A stretch of DNA of 64,000 nt from an uncultured Chloroflexia bacterium (lineage in GTDB: Bacteria > Chloroflexota > Limnocylindria > QHBO01): positions 3,431 to 67,430 of the forward strand of contig CAWJIR010000003.1 of NCBI GenBank assembly GCA_963843015.1. The letters are read 5' to 3'. Position numbers and translations under genes: made by a program. Of this stretch, positions 34,055 to 44,967 are shown in pieces (positions within the stretch are counted from its first letter, which is position 1; each line of letters starts with the position of its first letter). The notes under the pieces were generated by a model that made no database searches, was not told where the DNA came from, and saw only the letters and a list, made by a program, of their open reading frames with translations.

Positions 34055-34438
34055 CTAGCCGTCCTCGCTGGTTCCGTCGTCCTCGTCGTCCTCCGGCTCA
34101 CCGATCTCGAAATCGATGCAGACGTACGGCTCGTCACCGGTCACCCACGCCCGATGGCCCGGGCCGATCCAGAGGTGGTCGCCGGGACCGGCCGTGACCT
34201 CGTCCCCCTCATCGGTCAGGTAGCGGATCCGGCCCGAGATGACGTACTCGCGATGGACCATCTGGCAGCTCTCGTCGCCATCGGTGTGGGGCTTGACGTA
34301 CTCGTCCCAGCTCCAGCCCGGCTGGAGCACCGACCGAAAGACCATCGAGTCGCCGACGACGGTGTAGCCCGATGCGCCGGCGTCACCGTCGGAGAATGCC
34401 TCGTCCGGCTGATCGAGGTTCTTGACGATGATGGCCAT
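34055..34438 (-). CDS. cupin domain protein
   Basis: LQPGWSWDEYVKP...SCQMVH...PGHRAWVTGDEP; AAGGAG RBS. Confidence 0.85.
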   Translation of the reverse strand: MAIIVKNLDQPDEAFSDGDAGASGYTVVGDSMVFRSVLQPGWSWDEYVKPHTDGDESCQMVHREYVISGRIRYLTDEGDEVTAGPGDHLWIGPGHRAWVTGDEPYVCIDFEIGEPEDDEDDGTSEDG

Positions 34439-34485
34439 GACGCGCTCCTTGAAGGCGATGAACCGATTCGGCCCGGAAACGACGC

Positions 34486-34524
34486 AGGGGCCCGGCAAAC
34501 CCCTCTCGGAGTCGCAAGGCCCCT
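34486..34524 (-). terminator. 3' hairpin closing the large ncRNA
   Basis: AGGGGCC...GGCCCCU stem with inner UCC-GAGA-GGG; followed by GCGUCGUUU. Confidence 0.5.
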
Positions 34525-34532
34525 ATCGGCCC

Positions 34533-35013
34533 GCCAATCGGTCCGGGTTTCACGCCGGACAAACGGACGCGCCCGCGTCGCGCCCGACGCTGGACTCCGG
34601 GGCCGAATCTGCCGTCCAAGCAGGACGACCGACGTGACACCAGAACCGTTGTCGGACTTCTTTGGCGACGCCTGACTTGAAGTGCCGCCCGACGACGAGC
34701 CCGCCGCCGAACCAGGACCGTAGGCCAGTCCAGTCGAGTTCGAGCGTCACCCGAAGGTGACATCCCACCGGTTCCCGACTGTAGCCAGCTCGCCCACGAC
34801 ATTGTCACCGAGTCATCCCGGTCGTCCCTGTCACGGTATTTCGACCGTGCCGGGGGTCAACCGGGCGGTGGCAGTGAGTCGTCTGCGCGCTGGAGCGGGC
34901 GCTTACCTCCGCTTCCTACGCTACCAGCACCCGGCGAAAGCACCGTTGCCAACGAATCGACTTCGGTGCCTCCGTACCACCCGAGTCGCGGCAAGCCGCG
35001 GTGTTCAGATGGC
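34533..35013 (-). ncRNA. large structured ncRNA (~480 nt), OLE-RNA-like candidate
   Basis: No credible ORF; UUCG and CUUG tetraloop hairpins with G-U pairs valid only on the minus strand; 5' and 3' ends pair; own promoter; ordered motifs resembling recalled OLE sequence. Confidence refers to it being a structured RNA; the OLE assignment is about 0.5. Confidence 0.75.
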
Positions 35014-35019
35014 TGGCCG

Positions 35020-35048
35020 AGTCTACCCCTTTCATCGGGGCGTGACGA
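35020..35048 (-). promoter_or_regulatory. promoter of the large ncRNA
   Basis: TCGTCA-17 bp-TAGACT on the minus strand, 6-7 nt before the predicted 5' end. Confidence 0.55.
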
Positions 35049-35063
35049 GCATTTTCTGCAGGG

Positions 35064-35777
35064 TCATGCGGGCTTCAGCGAGGCCAGCAGGCGGAGCATC
35101 GGGGTGGCCGTCGCAAAGGCATCGGCGAGGACGTCCGGGAGCTCCGGCGACAGGGCCTCGGCATCGGTCAGGCCGCGACCGAACAGGACGTCCTTGAGCT
35201 TCAGGAGCTCCGCGTCGGGGTGGTCGGCGGGATACCCGGGCGGGACGCGCTTGAGCCGATCCTCGGCCTCGACCTCGCCGAACGCCTTCTTGAACTTCGG
35301 GGCGTCGATGACCGCGTGCAGCCGCTTCGGCTCGTCGACCACGATCCGTCGCCACGCCTCGAGGAGCGGACGGTCGGCGTGCCACATCCCGCCGCCGACG
35401 TAGACGTTCTCGGGAGAAAACGAGAAGTAGCCGCCAGGCCGATGAACCGCCTCGGTCCGACCCCGCGCCGCCGTGCCCGCGGTGTCCGGGTCGTCCCACG
35501 GAAAGCTCGCGCTGACATACGTCTTGTACGGCGACTTGTCCTTCGAGAACCGGACGTCGCGGTAGATCCGAAACGGAGAGCCGGTGTCGGCTCGCAGCGG
35601 GATCTTCCGCTTCCGGAACTGCTCGCCAAGATCGGTGCAGAGCGCTTCGAGCGGCTCCTTCAGCAACCGCTCGTAGTCCGCCTTGCGCGGCTGGAACCAG
35701 CCGCGGTCATTGTTCAGCGACAGCTCGAGAGGAAGTGGGTGGCTTCGGGCGCTGAACCCGGTGAATGCGCCGGGCAT
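35064..35777 (-). CDS. DUF2461 family protein
   Basis: NNDRGWF, FRIYRDVRFSKDKSPYKT, LKRVPPGYPADHP...LLKLK. Confidence 0.9.
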   Translation of the reverse strand: MPGAFTGFSARSHPLPLELSLNNDRGWFQPRKADYERLLKEPLEALCTDLGEQFRKRKIPLRADTGSPFRIYRDVRFSKDKSPYKTYVSASFPWDDPDTAGTAARGRTEAVHRPGGYFSFSPENVYVGGGMWHADRPLLEAWRRIVVDEPKRLHAVIDAPKFKKAFGEVEAEDRLKRVPPGYPADHPDAELLKLKDVLFGRGLTDAEALSPELPDVLADAFATATPMLRLLASLKPA

Positions 35778-35794
35778 CGGTCAAGCCTCACCAG

Positions 35795-36280
35795 TCAGTA
35801 GTGGATGCGGTTCGGGATGGCCGCGAACTCGCGCCAGACCTCGAGCATCTCGTCGCGCAGCAGCTCGCGAGCGGGCAGTGGCCGATCCGGTCCGGGCTGG
35901 GCGACCGCCTCGTAGATCGACTCGTCGTCGAAATCGCCGTACTCCAGCGCGTCCCGGCAGGTGGATGAGTAGTAGATGGCCTCGATCCGCGCCCACCATG
36001 CTGCGGCATAGCACATCGGGCACGGCTCGCCGGTGGTGTACGCCGTGCATCCGGCCAGGACATAGGTGCCCAGCGACTCGCAGGCGCTGCGGATGGCGAC
36101 GACCTCGGCATGGGCAGTCGGGTCGTTCGAGGTGGGAACCTGGTTCACGCCCTCGCCCACGATCTCGCCGTCGCGGACGATCACGCAGCCGAACGGGCTG
36201 CCGGTGCGGTCCACGATCGCGCTCTGGCGGGCGAGGGCGATGGCCCGCCGCATGAACGGGGCGTGGTCGACGTCGGGCAT
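35795..36280 (-). CDS. nucleoside/guanine deaminase (cytidine deaminase-like Zn fold)
   Basis: PFGCVIV, NDPTAHAEV, EPCPMC, C-terminal Tyr as in GuaD. Confidence 0.9.
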   Translation of the reverse strand: MPDVDHAPFMRRAIALARQSAIVDRTGSPFGCVIVRDGEIVGEGVNQVPTSNDPTAHAEVVAIRSACESLGTYVLAGCTAYTTGEPCPMCYAAAWWARIEAIYYSSTCRDALEYGDFDDESIYEAVAQPGPDRPLPARELLRDEMLEVWREFAAIPNRIHY

Positions 36281-36339
36281 CGTCCGAGGAATCTACTCCA
36301 CCGAGCCGGCGCGCGTCGGATCGGTCAGACTGGCGGCCG

Positions 36340-37264
36340 ATGCGTCCGTTCCGGTTCGGCCTGACCGCTGGCTGGGTCGGCAGCGGGGACGCCTGGCGGG
36401 CGATGGCCCAGCGGGCCGAGTCGCTGGGCTATGACGTGCTGCTCGTGCCCGATCACCTGACCGGCCAGCTGTCCCCGGTGCCGGCGCTGGCGGCGGCCGC
36501 GGCCGTGACCTCGCGGCTGCGCATCGGCTCCTACGTGTTCGCCAACGACTTCCGTCATCCGCTGCTCCTGGCCCGCGAGGCGGCCACCCTCGACGCCCTG
36601 TCGGGCGGGCGGCTGGAGTTCGGGATCGGGGCCGGCTGGCGGGTCAGCGACTACACGCAGCTCGGCGTCCCGTACGACGCGGCCGGCCGCCGGATCGACC
36701 GGATGGAGGAGGCGGTCGCGCATCATCAAGCGGCTGCTCGGCGGGGAGACGGTGACCCACACCGGCCGCCACTACCAGCTGCGCCGGGCCCGCGTCTCCC
36801 CGCACCGGTCCAGCGGCCGCGGCCGCCGATCATGCTCGGCGGCGGCGGGCCACGCATGCTCCGGATCGCGGCCCGCGAGGCGGACATCGTGGGCTTCGTC
36901 CCGCAGTTCAACGCCGCCGGCCGGCCGATCGTCCGGCAGGCGACCGAGGGCGCGCTGGTGGAGAAGGTGGCGCTCGTCCGGACGCGCTGCCGGCGAGCGC
37001 TTCGACGGCCTCGAGCTCAACGTGTTCGTCGCCCTGGCCGGCATGGTCGGCAGCGGGAGCGGGCTGCTCCCGTCCGCGGTGGCCGCCGGGCTGGCCGCGG
37101 CGGGCGGCCTCGTCCGCTCGCCGTACGTGCTGCATGGGACGCGCGCTCGGCTGCGGGAGATCCTCGAGCGTCGCCGCGAGCGGCTGGGGATCAGCTACTA
37201 CTCCATCCCCCAGCCGGCGATGGAGTCCATGGCTCCGCTGGTCGAGGACCTGGCCGGCCGCTAG
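36340..37264 (+). CDS. LLM class F420-dependent oxidoreductase (frameshifted)
   Basis: MRPFRFG, AESLGYD...PDH, NDFRHP, LSGGRLEFGIGAGW, AAREADIV. Confidence 0.85.
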
Positions 37265-37268
37265 TGGT

Positions 37269-38463
37269 CTAGGCCACGACTCCCTCGGCGCGGAGCGCCG
37301 TGATCTCGGTCAGGTCCAGGCCGGTCTCACGCAGGACCTCGTCGGTGTGCTCGCCGAGCCGGGGCGGAGGGAGGCGCAGCGGGAGCCGCTCGCCGTCGAC
37401 CAGGATCGGTGAGGCCGGGACCTCCACGCCGCCCACGGACAGTGATCCAGTCGGGCTCGATCCGGCGCATGGCGGATGCCGCCTCGCCCACGCCGTGGAC
37501 CGGGCCGCCCGGCACGTCCGCAGCCTGCATGGCGGCGACCAGATCGTCGCGCCGCCAGCGGGCAATGGCGGGCGCCAGGACAGCCAGCACATCCTCGCGC
37601 CGCGTCACTCGCTCCGGGTTGGTGGCCCACTCCGGCCCGGGGACGACGTCGAGCAGCGCGCACAGTCGCTCGAACTGCGGATCGTTGCCGACGGCGACGA
37701 CGACGTGGCCGTCCGCGGCGGCGAAGACCTGGTACGGGACGATGTCCGGGTGGCCGCTCCCCCAGCGCCGCGGCTCCTCGCCGGTGGCCAGGTGGTAGCC
37801 GAGCACGTTGACGAGCCCGGCCACGGCGGCCTCGACCAGGCTGACCGAGGTCTGCGCGGCAGCGGCGCCCGGCGAGGCCGCGCTCGCGAGCGGCCAGGCC
37901 GGCGAGGGCCGCAACCGCTGCCTCGAGCCCGGCCAGGAGATCGAGCATGCCGACGCCGATCTTGATCGGTTCGCCGCCCGGCACGCCGGTGACGGCCATG
38001 TGCCCGCTCCACGCCTGGGCCACCAGGTCGTAGGCCGGGCGCTCTGCCTCGGCGCCGCTGCCGGGGAAACCGCGCACGACCGACACGACGAGATGGGGGT
38101 GGCGCTCGCGGAGCCGGCCCGGATCCAGGCCCAGCCTGGCCGCGACCGATGGCAGGTAGTTGTGGACGAGCACATCGGCCCGGGCGGCGAGCCGGTCGAA
38201 AACCTCCCGCCCGCCATCGGTCTTCAGGTCGACCACGATGACTCCGCTTGTTGCGATTGACGGCGGCGAAGTAGGCGCTCCGCCCCTCCGCCGGGTCGCC
38301 CCAGAACGGCGGGCCCCAGCGCGCGGGTCTCGTCGCCGCCGGGCGGTTCGAGCTTCCAGACGTCGGCCCCCAGGTCGGCGAGCAGCATCGTGGCGTGCGG
38401 ACCGGCGAGGACCCGCGAGCAGTCGAGGACCGTGACGCCCGCCAACGGCAGGCGATCGGTCAT
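37269..38463 (-). CDS. CaiB/BaiF CoA-transferase family III (frameshifted)
   Basis: [35 protein letters not shown]; [13 protein letters not shown]. Confidence 0.9.
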
Positions 38464-38933
38464 GCGCCCGCCTCGCCACCCGCCGGGAGGTTGGCCAGGA
38501 TCCGCGACTCGAGTCGGAGGATCTGGGCCTCGAGCCCTTCGATCCGACGCAGGATCTCGGTGTTCCCGCGCAGGAGCTCGTCGTTCTGACGTTCTTCCAG
38601 GTCCGTCTCCTCCGCCGCGTGTTCGAGCGTGGCACGGTCACGGATCGCCTGGCGATTCGCCGCGATCAGGATGAGGGGAGCCGCGTACGCCGCCTGGGTC
38701 GAGAACGCCAGGTTGAGCAGGATGAACGGGTACGGGTCGAAGTGAAACACCAGGTAGACGTTCCCCACGATCCAGATCAGCACGATCACCGTCTGGATCG
38801 CGACGAACCGCCAGCTACCGATGAACCCGGTCACGCGGTCGGCTACGCGAGCTCCGATCGGGGCTTCGTCGATGAGTCGGATGTTGACCGGATGGCGGTA
38901 GGTCTGGCTCGCGCTCGACGGCGTCTCGGGCAT
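38460..38933 (-). CDS. DUF1003 membrane protein
   Basis: GSWRF...[25 protein letters not shown]...NRQ. Confidence 0.9.
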   Translation of the reverse strand: MPETPSSASQTYRHPVNIRLIDEAPIGARVADRVTGFIGSWRFVAIQTVIVLIWIVGNVYLVFHFDPYPFILLNLAFSTQAAYAAPLILIAANRQAIRDRATLEHAAEETDLEERQNDELLRGNTEILRRIEGLEAQILRLESRILANLPAGGEAGA

Positions 38934-38983
38934 CAGCGGCACCTCAGGCTGGGAGTTCAGCCGCAAGCCTAGCCGCCTCGGGG

Positions 38984-41300
38984 TCAGACGGGGGCGCGCT
39001 CCGCGGGCGGCACCGGAGCCGGCGCCTCGTACAGCCCGACCTTGGCCACGGCTCGTTGGACCCAGGCAGGAGCCCACCAGTTCAGGCGGCCCATCACCCG
39101 CATGAAGGCGGGCACCAGCACGCCTCGCACGATCGTCGCGTCGATGAGGACGGCGAGCGCCATCGAGAAGCCGATGGCCTTCAGGAACAGGACGTCCGAC
39201 AGGGCGAAGGCCGAGAAGACGACGACCATGATCAGGGCCGCCCCGGTGATGATCCCGCCGGTGATTCCGATCCCCTCAGCCGACCGATCGGGTGTTGTCA
39301 CCGGTCGCGATCCACCGCTCCCGGATCCGGGACAGGAGCAGCACTTCGTAGTCCATCGACAGCCCGAACAGGATGGCGAACATCAGGATCGGCAGCCAGG
39401 CGCCCAGGGATCCGGTGGCCTCGAAGTTCAGCAGCCCCGACAGGTTCCCCTCCTGGAAGATCCAGACCAGGGCCCCGAAGCTGGCGGTGATCGAGACGAG
39501 ACTCATGAGGACGGCCTTCACCGGCAGGAAGACCGATCCGAAGGTCAGGAACAGGACGATGAGAGTCACCGCGATGACGATCGCGACCGCCACCGGGACG
39601 CTGGCCCGGAAGCTGTCCATGAAGTCCGCGGAGCGGGCGGCCAGGCCGGCGACGCCCACCGTGGCGCCGTCCGGGTCGGCCACCTCGCGGACCTCGGCGA
39701 CGAGCGCCGCGGCCCTCCTCCGAGTCGGGGAGCCGTGACGAGAAGATCGTGACCTTGGTCGTGTCTCCGGCCACGGTCTGGGCGACCCATTGGTCGAGCC
39801 CGTCCGGCCACTGGTCCGGCGGCATGGCGAGGACGGCGAGGTACTGGTCGGCGGGAAGCCCGGCCGGCGCGTCGAGCACGCTTTCGACCGACAGGACGCC
39901 GTCGAGCACGGTCACCTCATCGATGTACGCCTGGAGGTCGGCCAGCCGCTCGGGGGTCAGCTCGCCATCGGTCAGGTCGGGGACGTCGTAGGTGACCGCG
40001 GCCAGCATCGGATCGGCGTCGCCACCGGGAAAATCGTCGCGCAGGACGATGAAGCCCTCCTTGGCCGGCGTGTCGGGGAGGTCCTCGAGGTTGCCGCCGG
40101 TGGACAGCTCGATGCGCAGGAACGGCGTCCCGGCCAGGAGCAGGAGGATGAGGATCGGCCCACCGATCAGCAGCGGCCGCTTCATGACGCGGGCGGCAAC
40201 CCGGGACCAGAAGCCATGGCCGAGGCGCCGCTCGGCCTCGACCGGGTCATCCTCGACGAACCGCAGGAAACGCGGCACGGGCACCTTGAGCCGGTTCACG
40301 CGGTGCCCGAGCATGGCCAGCAGGGCGGGGAGGACGGTCAGCCCGAAGAGCATGGTGGCCACCACGACCACCACGCCGCCGATCCCCATCGAGCGCAGGG
40401 CGTCAGCCTCGAACACGATCAGCGCGGCGAGGCCGATGGCAACCGCGATCCCGGACACGGCCACCGCCTTGCCGACCGTGGCCATCGTCCGTTCGACGGC
40501 CTTGTCGACCGGATGGTGGAGCAGCTCCTCGCGGAACCGGCTGACGAGGAAGAGCGAGTAGTCGATGGCCAGCGCCAGGCCGATCATGGTCGCGAGGTTC
40601 GTGACGAAGATCGACATGTCCGCCTGGTTCGCCAACAGGCCGATGATCGCGAAGGTGCTGATCAGCGAGAAGCCGGCGATCAGCAGCGGGAGCCCGGCCC
40701 CGACCAGCGTCCCGAACACGACGAGCAGGATCAGGCCGGCGAGGGGGAGGCTGATGATCTCCGCCTGGCGCAGGTCCTCCTCGATCACGGCGTTGAACTC
40801 TTCGTACACGACCGGCACGCCGGTGACCCACATCTGTTCGACGCCAGCGGGCTGCGCGACGAGGCCCACGAGTCGCCGCGAATCGGCGACCGCCTCCTCG
40901 TCGGGCGAGTTCAGCCGCACGAGGGCGAACGTCGTCGATCCCGTCGAATGAGAGGAAGCGGGCGTCGCCGTTGTCGGCGTAGGTGATGATCTCGTCCACC
41001 GCCGGGTCGTCGGCCAGTGGCGCCACGGCGCTGTCGACGACCTCCTGGAACGCGTCCGAGGCGGCATCGCCCGGCAGGGTCGGCGAGGATCACGAAGATG
41101 GCCGTCGCCTGCTCACCGAAGCGGTCCGCGAGCAGCTGCTCGGTGACCATGCTCTCGGAGCCTTCGATCTGCCAGCCACCCTGCGACAGCTCCCCGCCGG
41201 CCTGGCTGGACCACAGCGCCAGACCGATGACGGCGGCCATGCCGATGGGTGGGATCCAGCGCCGGAAGCGGTAGTCGAATCGGCCGAGGGCGGCGAACAT
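38984..41300 (-). CDS. MMPL family RND transporter (frameshifted)
   Basis: GLALAIDYSLFLVSRFREE, FGLSMDYEVLLLSRIRE, IDATIVRGVLVPA. Confidence 0.92.
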
Positions 41301-41355
41301 CGGGCGCCACTCTAGCCGACCTTTCTCGAGCACGCCCCGGCTATGATCGGCGCCG

Positions 41356-42746
41356 ATGCAGCGGCCCGACCCGTCGTGACGGCCCTCGCCCCGGCCACCT
41401 GGTGGCGGGGCCTCGGGGCCATGACCCGGTCGGGAAGCCCGGTCGAGGGCCTCTCGTGGGCGCTCTACGACTTCGCGAACACGATCTACTCGTACGCGAT
41501 CGTCAGCTTCGCCATGGGCCATGGACCGTCGACCGCTTGGCGCAGGCCAACGGGCAGCTCTGCGTTCACCGTGGCCGCGGTTTGCGTCGCTGGCTCAACG
41601 CCCTCGTCTCGCCCGTCCTGGGGGCGATCAGCGATCGAACCGGAGGCCGGCTGCGCTACCTGCTCGTGTTCACCGTGATGTGCGTGGTGCCGACGGCGGT
41701 CATCGGCCTCGTCCCGTAGGAGGCGTCTGACGCATTGGGGCTGACTCGCCTTCGCCATCGCCAACTTCGCGTTCCAGGCGGCGTTGATCTATTACGACGC
41801 AATCCTGCCCGACGTCGCCCGTCCCGAGAATCGCGGGCGCCTGTCCGGGCATCGGCGTCGGCCTCGGGTACGTCGGGAACGATCGTCATCGGGCCTGCTG
41901 ATCCGGTTCACGCCGATGACGGAGGGTCCAGCACCGCGCCAGCTTCGTGCTCGCGGCGCCCATGTTCGCGATGTTCGCCATCCCGATCTTCCTGGTCGTC
42001 ACGGGAGCGGCCGAAGAATGACCGACGCCGATCACGCGCTCGGTCAGATCGCCCTCGGATCGTGGCGCCAGCTCGGCGATGACCTGGCAGCACGCCGGGG
42101 AGTAGCCGGGCCTGCGCCGCTTCATCGTCGGGCCGCTTCTTCTACTCGGACGCGGTCAACACCGTGATCGCGGTCATGAGCCTGTACACGATCAACGCCA
42201 TCGGGATACAGCGAGGGCGAGGCCCCTGTGTTCTGCTCGGGCTCACCGTTGTCGCGGTGATCGCGTAGTTCCGGTGGGGGAACCTCGTCGATCGCTGGGG
42301 TCCGAAGCGGACCCTGATGATCGTCCTGGCGTCATGGGTGCTCGGCCTGTTCATCTGGGCCTGGTGATCGAACAGAGCGTGCCGACTTCCTGATCGCCGG
42401 GGTCATGCTCGGCTGCGGCGCTGGGCGGCACGTCGGTGACCGATCGGCTGCTTCATGCTGCGGCTGACGCCGCCGGCACGGGTGGGCGAGATGTTCGGCC
42501 TGTATCGGGCTCGCCGGGAAGTTCAGCGCCGTGATCGGGCCCGGTCGTCTTACGGGCGGTGGTTGCTCTTTCTCCTCCTCGAGCCGGTGGGCACGGTGGC
42601 GTACCAGGTGGCGATCTTGTCCCTGCTGGGCTGATGGTCGTGGGCTACTGGATCGTCTGCGGGGAGTGCCGGAGCCGCCGCCCGAGGCCGAGGATGCGGC
42701 GCTGAGGCGCGATCGCTGGGCGTGTGCGAATCAGGGCCTCCCGTGA
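41356..42746 (+). CDS. MFS transporter (UMF1/Atg22-like), heavily disrupted
   Basis: SWALYDFANTIY, PVLGAISDR, YYDAILP, DRWGPKR; many frameshifts and in-frame stops. Confidence 0.7.
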
Positions 42747-43501
42747 CCCTGGTCGTCGCCCACCGGGGGGCGTCGCAGGTGGCCCCGGAGAACACGATGG
42801 AGGCGTTCCGGCTCGCGGTCGAGGCGGGCGCCGATGCCATCGAGCTCGACGTGCATCTCACCGCCGACGGGGAGCTGGCGATCATCCACGACGCGACGCT
42901 GGACCGCACGACGGACCGGACCACGACCGTGGCCGACGCGAGCATGGCCGACCTTCGCGAGGCGGACGCGGGTTGGGCATTTCCCGGACCGGAGGGCACC
43001 TTCCCGTTTCGGGGCAGCGGCCTGGCCATCCTCACCCTCCCCGAGGTGGTGGCCTGGCTGCCTGCCGGAGTCGGCCTGGCGGTGGAGATCAAGGCCGCGG
43101 CCGCCTCCGACGGGGTGGTTGCCGCCCTCGACGGCTCAGCCGTGCGGGCCGCCGGTGCGGTCACCGTGATGAGCTTCCAAGAGGCGGCCATTGAACGGGT
43201 CCGGGAGCTCGGCCCGGATCTGCCGACCGGGCTCCTCCTGGTCCCCGGGGACTCGTTCGAGCGCGGCCTGCGATGGGTGGTCGAGCACGGCCATGCGGCG
43301 GTCATGCCGTATGACGCGGACCTCGGGATCGATCCGCAGCCGAACGTTGCCCTCGCCACGGCGTACGGAGCGAAGGTTGGCAGCTACGTCGTGAATGACC
43401 CGGAACGCATGCGCCAGCTCGCCGCCACCGGCGTTTGGGGCTTTGTGACCGATATCCCCGACGTGGCGCGCGCCGCACTCGGCCCGCGCCACGCCGGATA
43501 G
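42743..43501 (+). CDS. glycerophosphodiester phosphodiesterase
   Basis: AHRGAS...PENTMEAF, IELDVHLTADG...IHDATLDRTT, EIK. Confidence 0.93.
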   Translation: MTLVVAHRGASQVAPENTMEAFRLAVEAGADAIELDVHLTADGELAIIHDATLDRTTDRTTTVADASMADLREADAGWAFPGPEGTFPFRGSGLAILTLPEVVAWLPAGVGLAVEIKAAAASDGVVAALDGSAVRAAGAVTVMSFQEAAIERVRELGPDLPTGLLLVPGDSFERGLRWVVEHGHAAVMPYDADLGIDPQPNVALATAYGAKVGSYVVNDPERMRQLAATGVWGFVTDIPDVARAALGPRHAG

Positions 43502-43904
43502 CTAGCCGGCCGCGACTCCCGACAGCTCGCCGAGGGCGGCCTTCGCCGCATCGACGTTGTCGACGCCGAACAGGATCCCGACCTTTCCGTCCTTCATCCC
43601 GATCGGGAAGAAGGTCTCGATGTTGACGCCGGCGTTGGCGAGTCGGCGGGACGGCATCGGCGAACGTGCCGGGCCGGTCCTCGAGCCACGCCGAGGCGGT
43701 CTGGATCTCGCGAAAGTCGGCGCCGATGCCCTGGAGCGCGCTCCGAGTGGCCTCGTCGTCGTTGGCCTGGATCGCAATCGCTCCGCTGTCACCCCAGGTG
43801 GTGGCGCCACCAGAGATGACGTTCACGCCGCGCTGGGCAATGGCATCCAGGATGTTGGCCAGGCTCCCTGGCTTGTTTTCGGCCTTGATCGCGAATACGT
43901 GCAT
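43502..43904 (-). CDS. ACT domain protein (frameshifted)
   Basis: Tandem ACT: ENKPGSLANIL...GVNV and EDRPGTFA...LANAGVNI; GAAGGAGG RBS. Confidence 0.8.
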
Positions 43905-44036
43905 GGAACCTCCTTCGTCGGGCTGCACTTTCGTGGTTGGGACGAGCGTACACCCGAGGGTGAGCCGCGTCGATCAAGGGCGCCGAATGACCGATAAGCG
44001 ACCGTTGAGGACCGCGCGGGCGGCTACCCTCCGGCC

Positions 44037-44933
44037 ATGACCTACAGCATCGTCGCCCGCGACCCGGTGACCGGCCGGTTCGGCGTGGCGGTCCAGTCCC
44101 ACTACCTCGGCGTCGGCCCGTCGTGCCGTGGCTGGCGCCGGGCGTCGGCGCCATCGCGACCCAGGCCCAGGTCGACATCTCCTTCGGGCCGATCGGCCTC
44201 GAGCTGCTGCGGAACGGCCGCAGCGCCGAACAGGTCGTCGCGGCCCTGCTGGCGAGCGATGCCACACCCGAGGTCCGCCAGGTGGGGGTCGTGGACGCGC
44301 ACGGCCAGGCGGCCGCCCACACCGGGACGGCCACGATCCCCGCCGCGGGCCATCTCGTCCGTGACGGGTTCACGGTCCAGGGCAACCTCCTCGAGCGCGA
44401 CACGTGCTGGCCGGCGATGGCCGAAGCGTACGAGGCCGCGCTGGCCCAGGGCGAGTCGTTCAGCGAGCGCCTCCTGCGCGCCCTCGAGGCGGCGGAGGCC
44501 GAGGGAGGCGACGTCCGTGGACGGCAGAGCTCGGCCATCGTCATCGTGGACGGGTCACTGCAGCCGAATGCGTGGAGGGGGCGCATCCTCGATGCCCGGG
44601 TCGACGATCATCCTGACCCGGTGCCCGAGCTGCGTCGCATCGTCGACCTGTACGAGGCGTATGCGCTCTTCGACGAGGAGGGCGACGCCGTCGCCGCGGG
44701 CCTGAGCGAAGCGGAGCGGTACGCGGCGGCGCGGACGCCGAGCCCCCGAGGCCATGGAGCTGGTCTTCTGGATGGGGATCGAGCACGCCAAGCGAGGGGA
44801 GCTGGACGCCGCCCGGCGCGAGCTGGCGGTCGCCTTCGCTGCCGACGGGCGGTGGCGGACGACGCTCGAGCACCTCGCGGCCGCCGGCCACGAGGGAATG
44901 ACGGCGGACCTCGCGGCGGAGCTGTTGTCCTAG
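44037..44933 (+). CDS. DUF1028 (Ntn-hydrolase-like) protein (frameshifted)
   Basis: MTYSIVARDP...GVAVQS, GAIATQA, QGNLL, GGDVRGRQSSA, RVDDHPDP. Confidence 0.9.
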
Positions 44934-44967
44934 GCGCCGGCAGGCGCCATCGGTCTGGCGGGCGCCG

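Noticed and set aside
34486-35013. RNase P RNA, tmRNA, group II intron or a protein-coding reading of the large intergenic region
   Set aside because: No GAGGAAAGUCC (RNase P), no GGGG...CCACCA tRNA-like ends, no GUGYG start or domain V, and no host gene is interrupted; the ORFs there are short, motif-free and lack an RBS.
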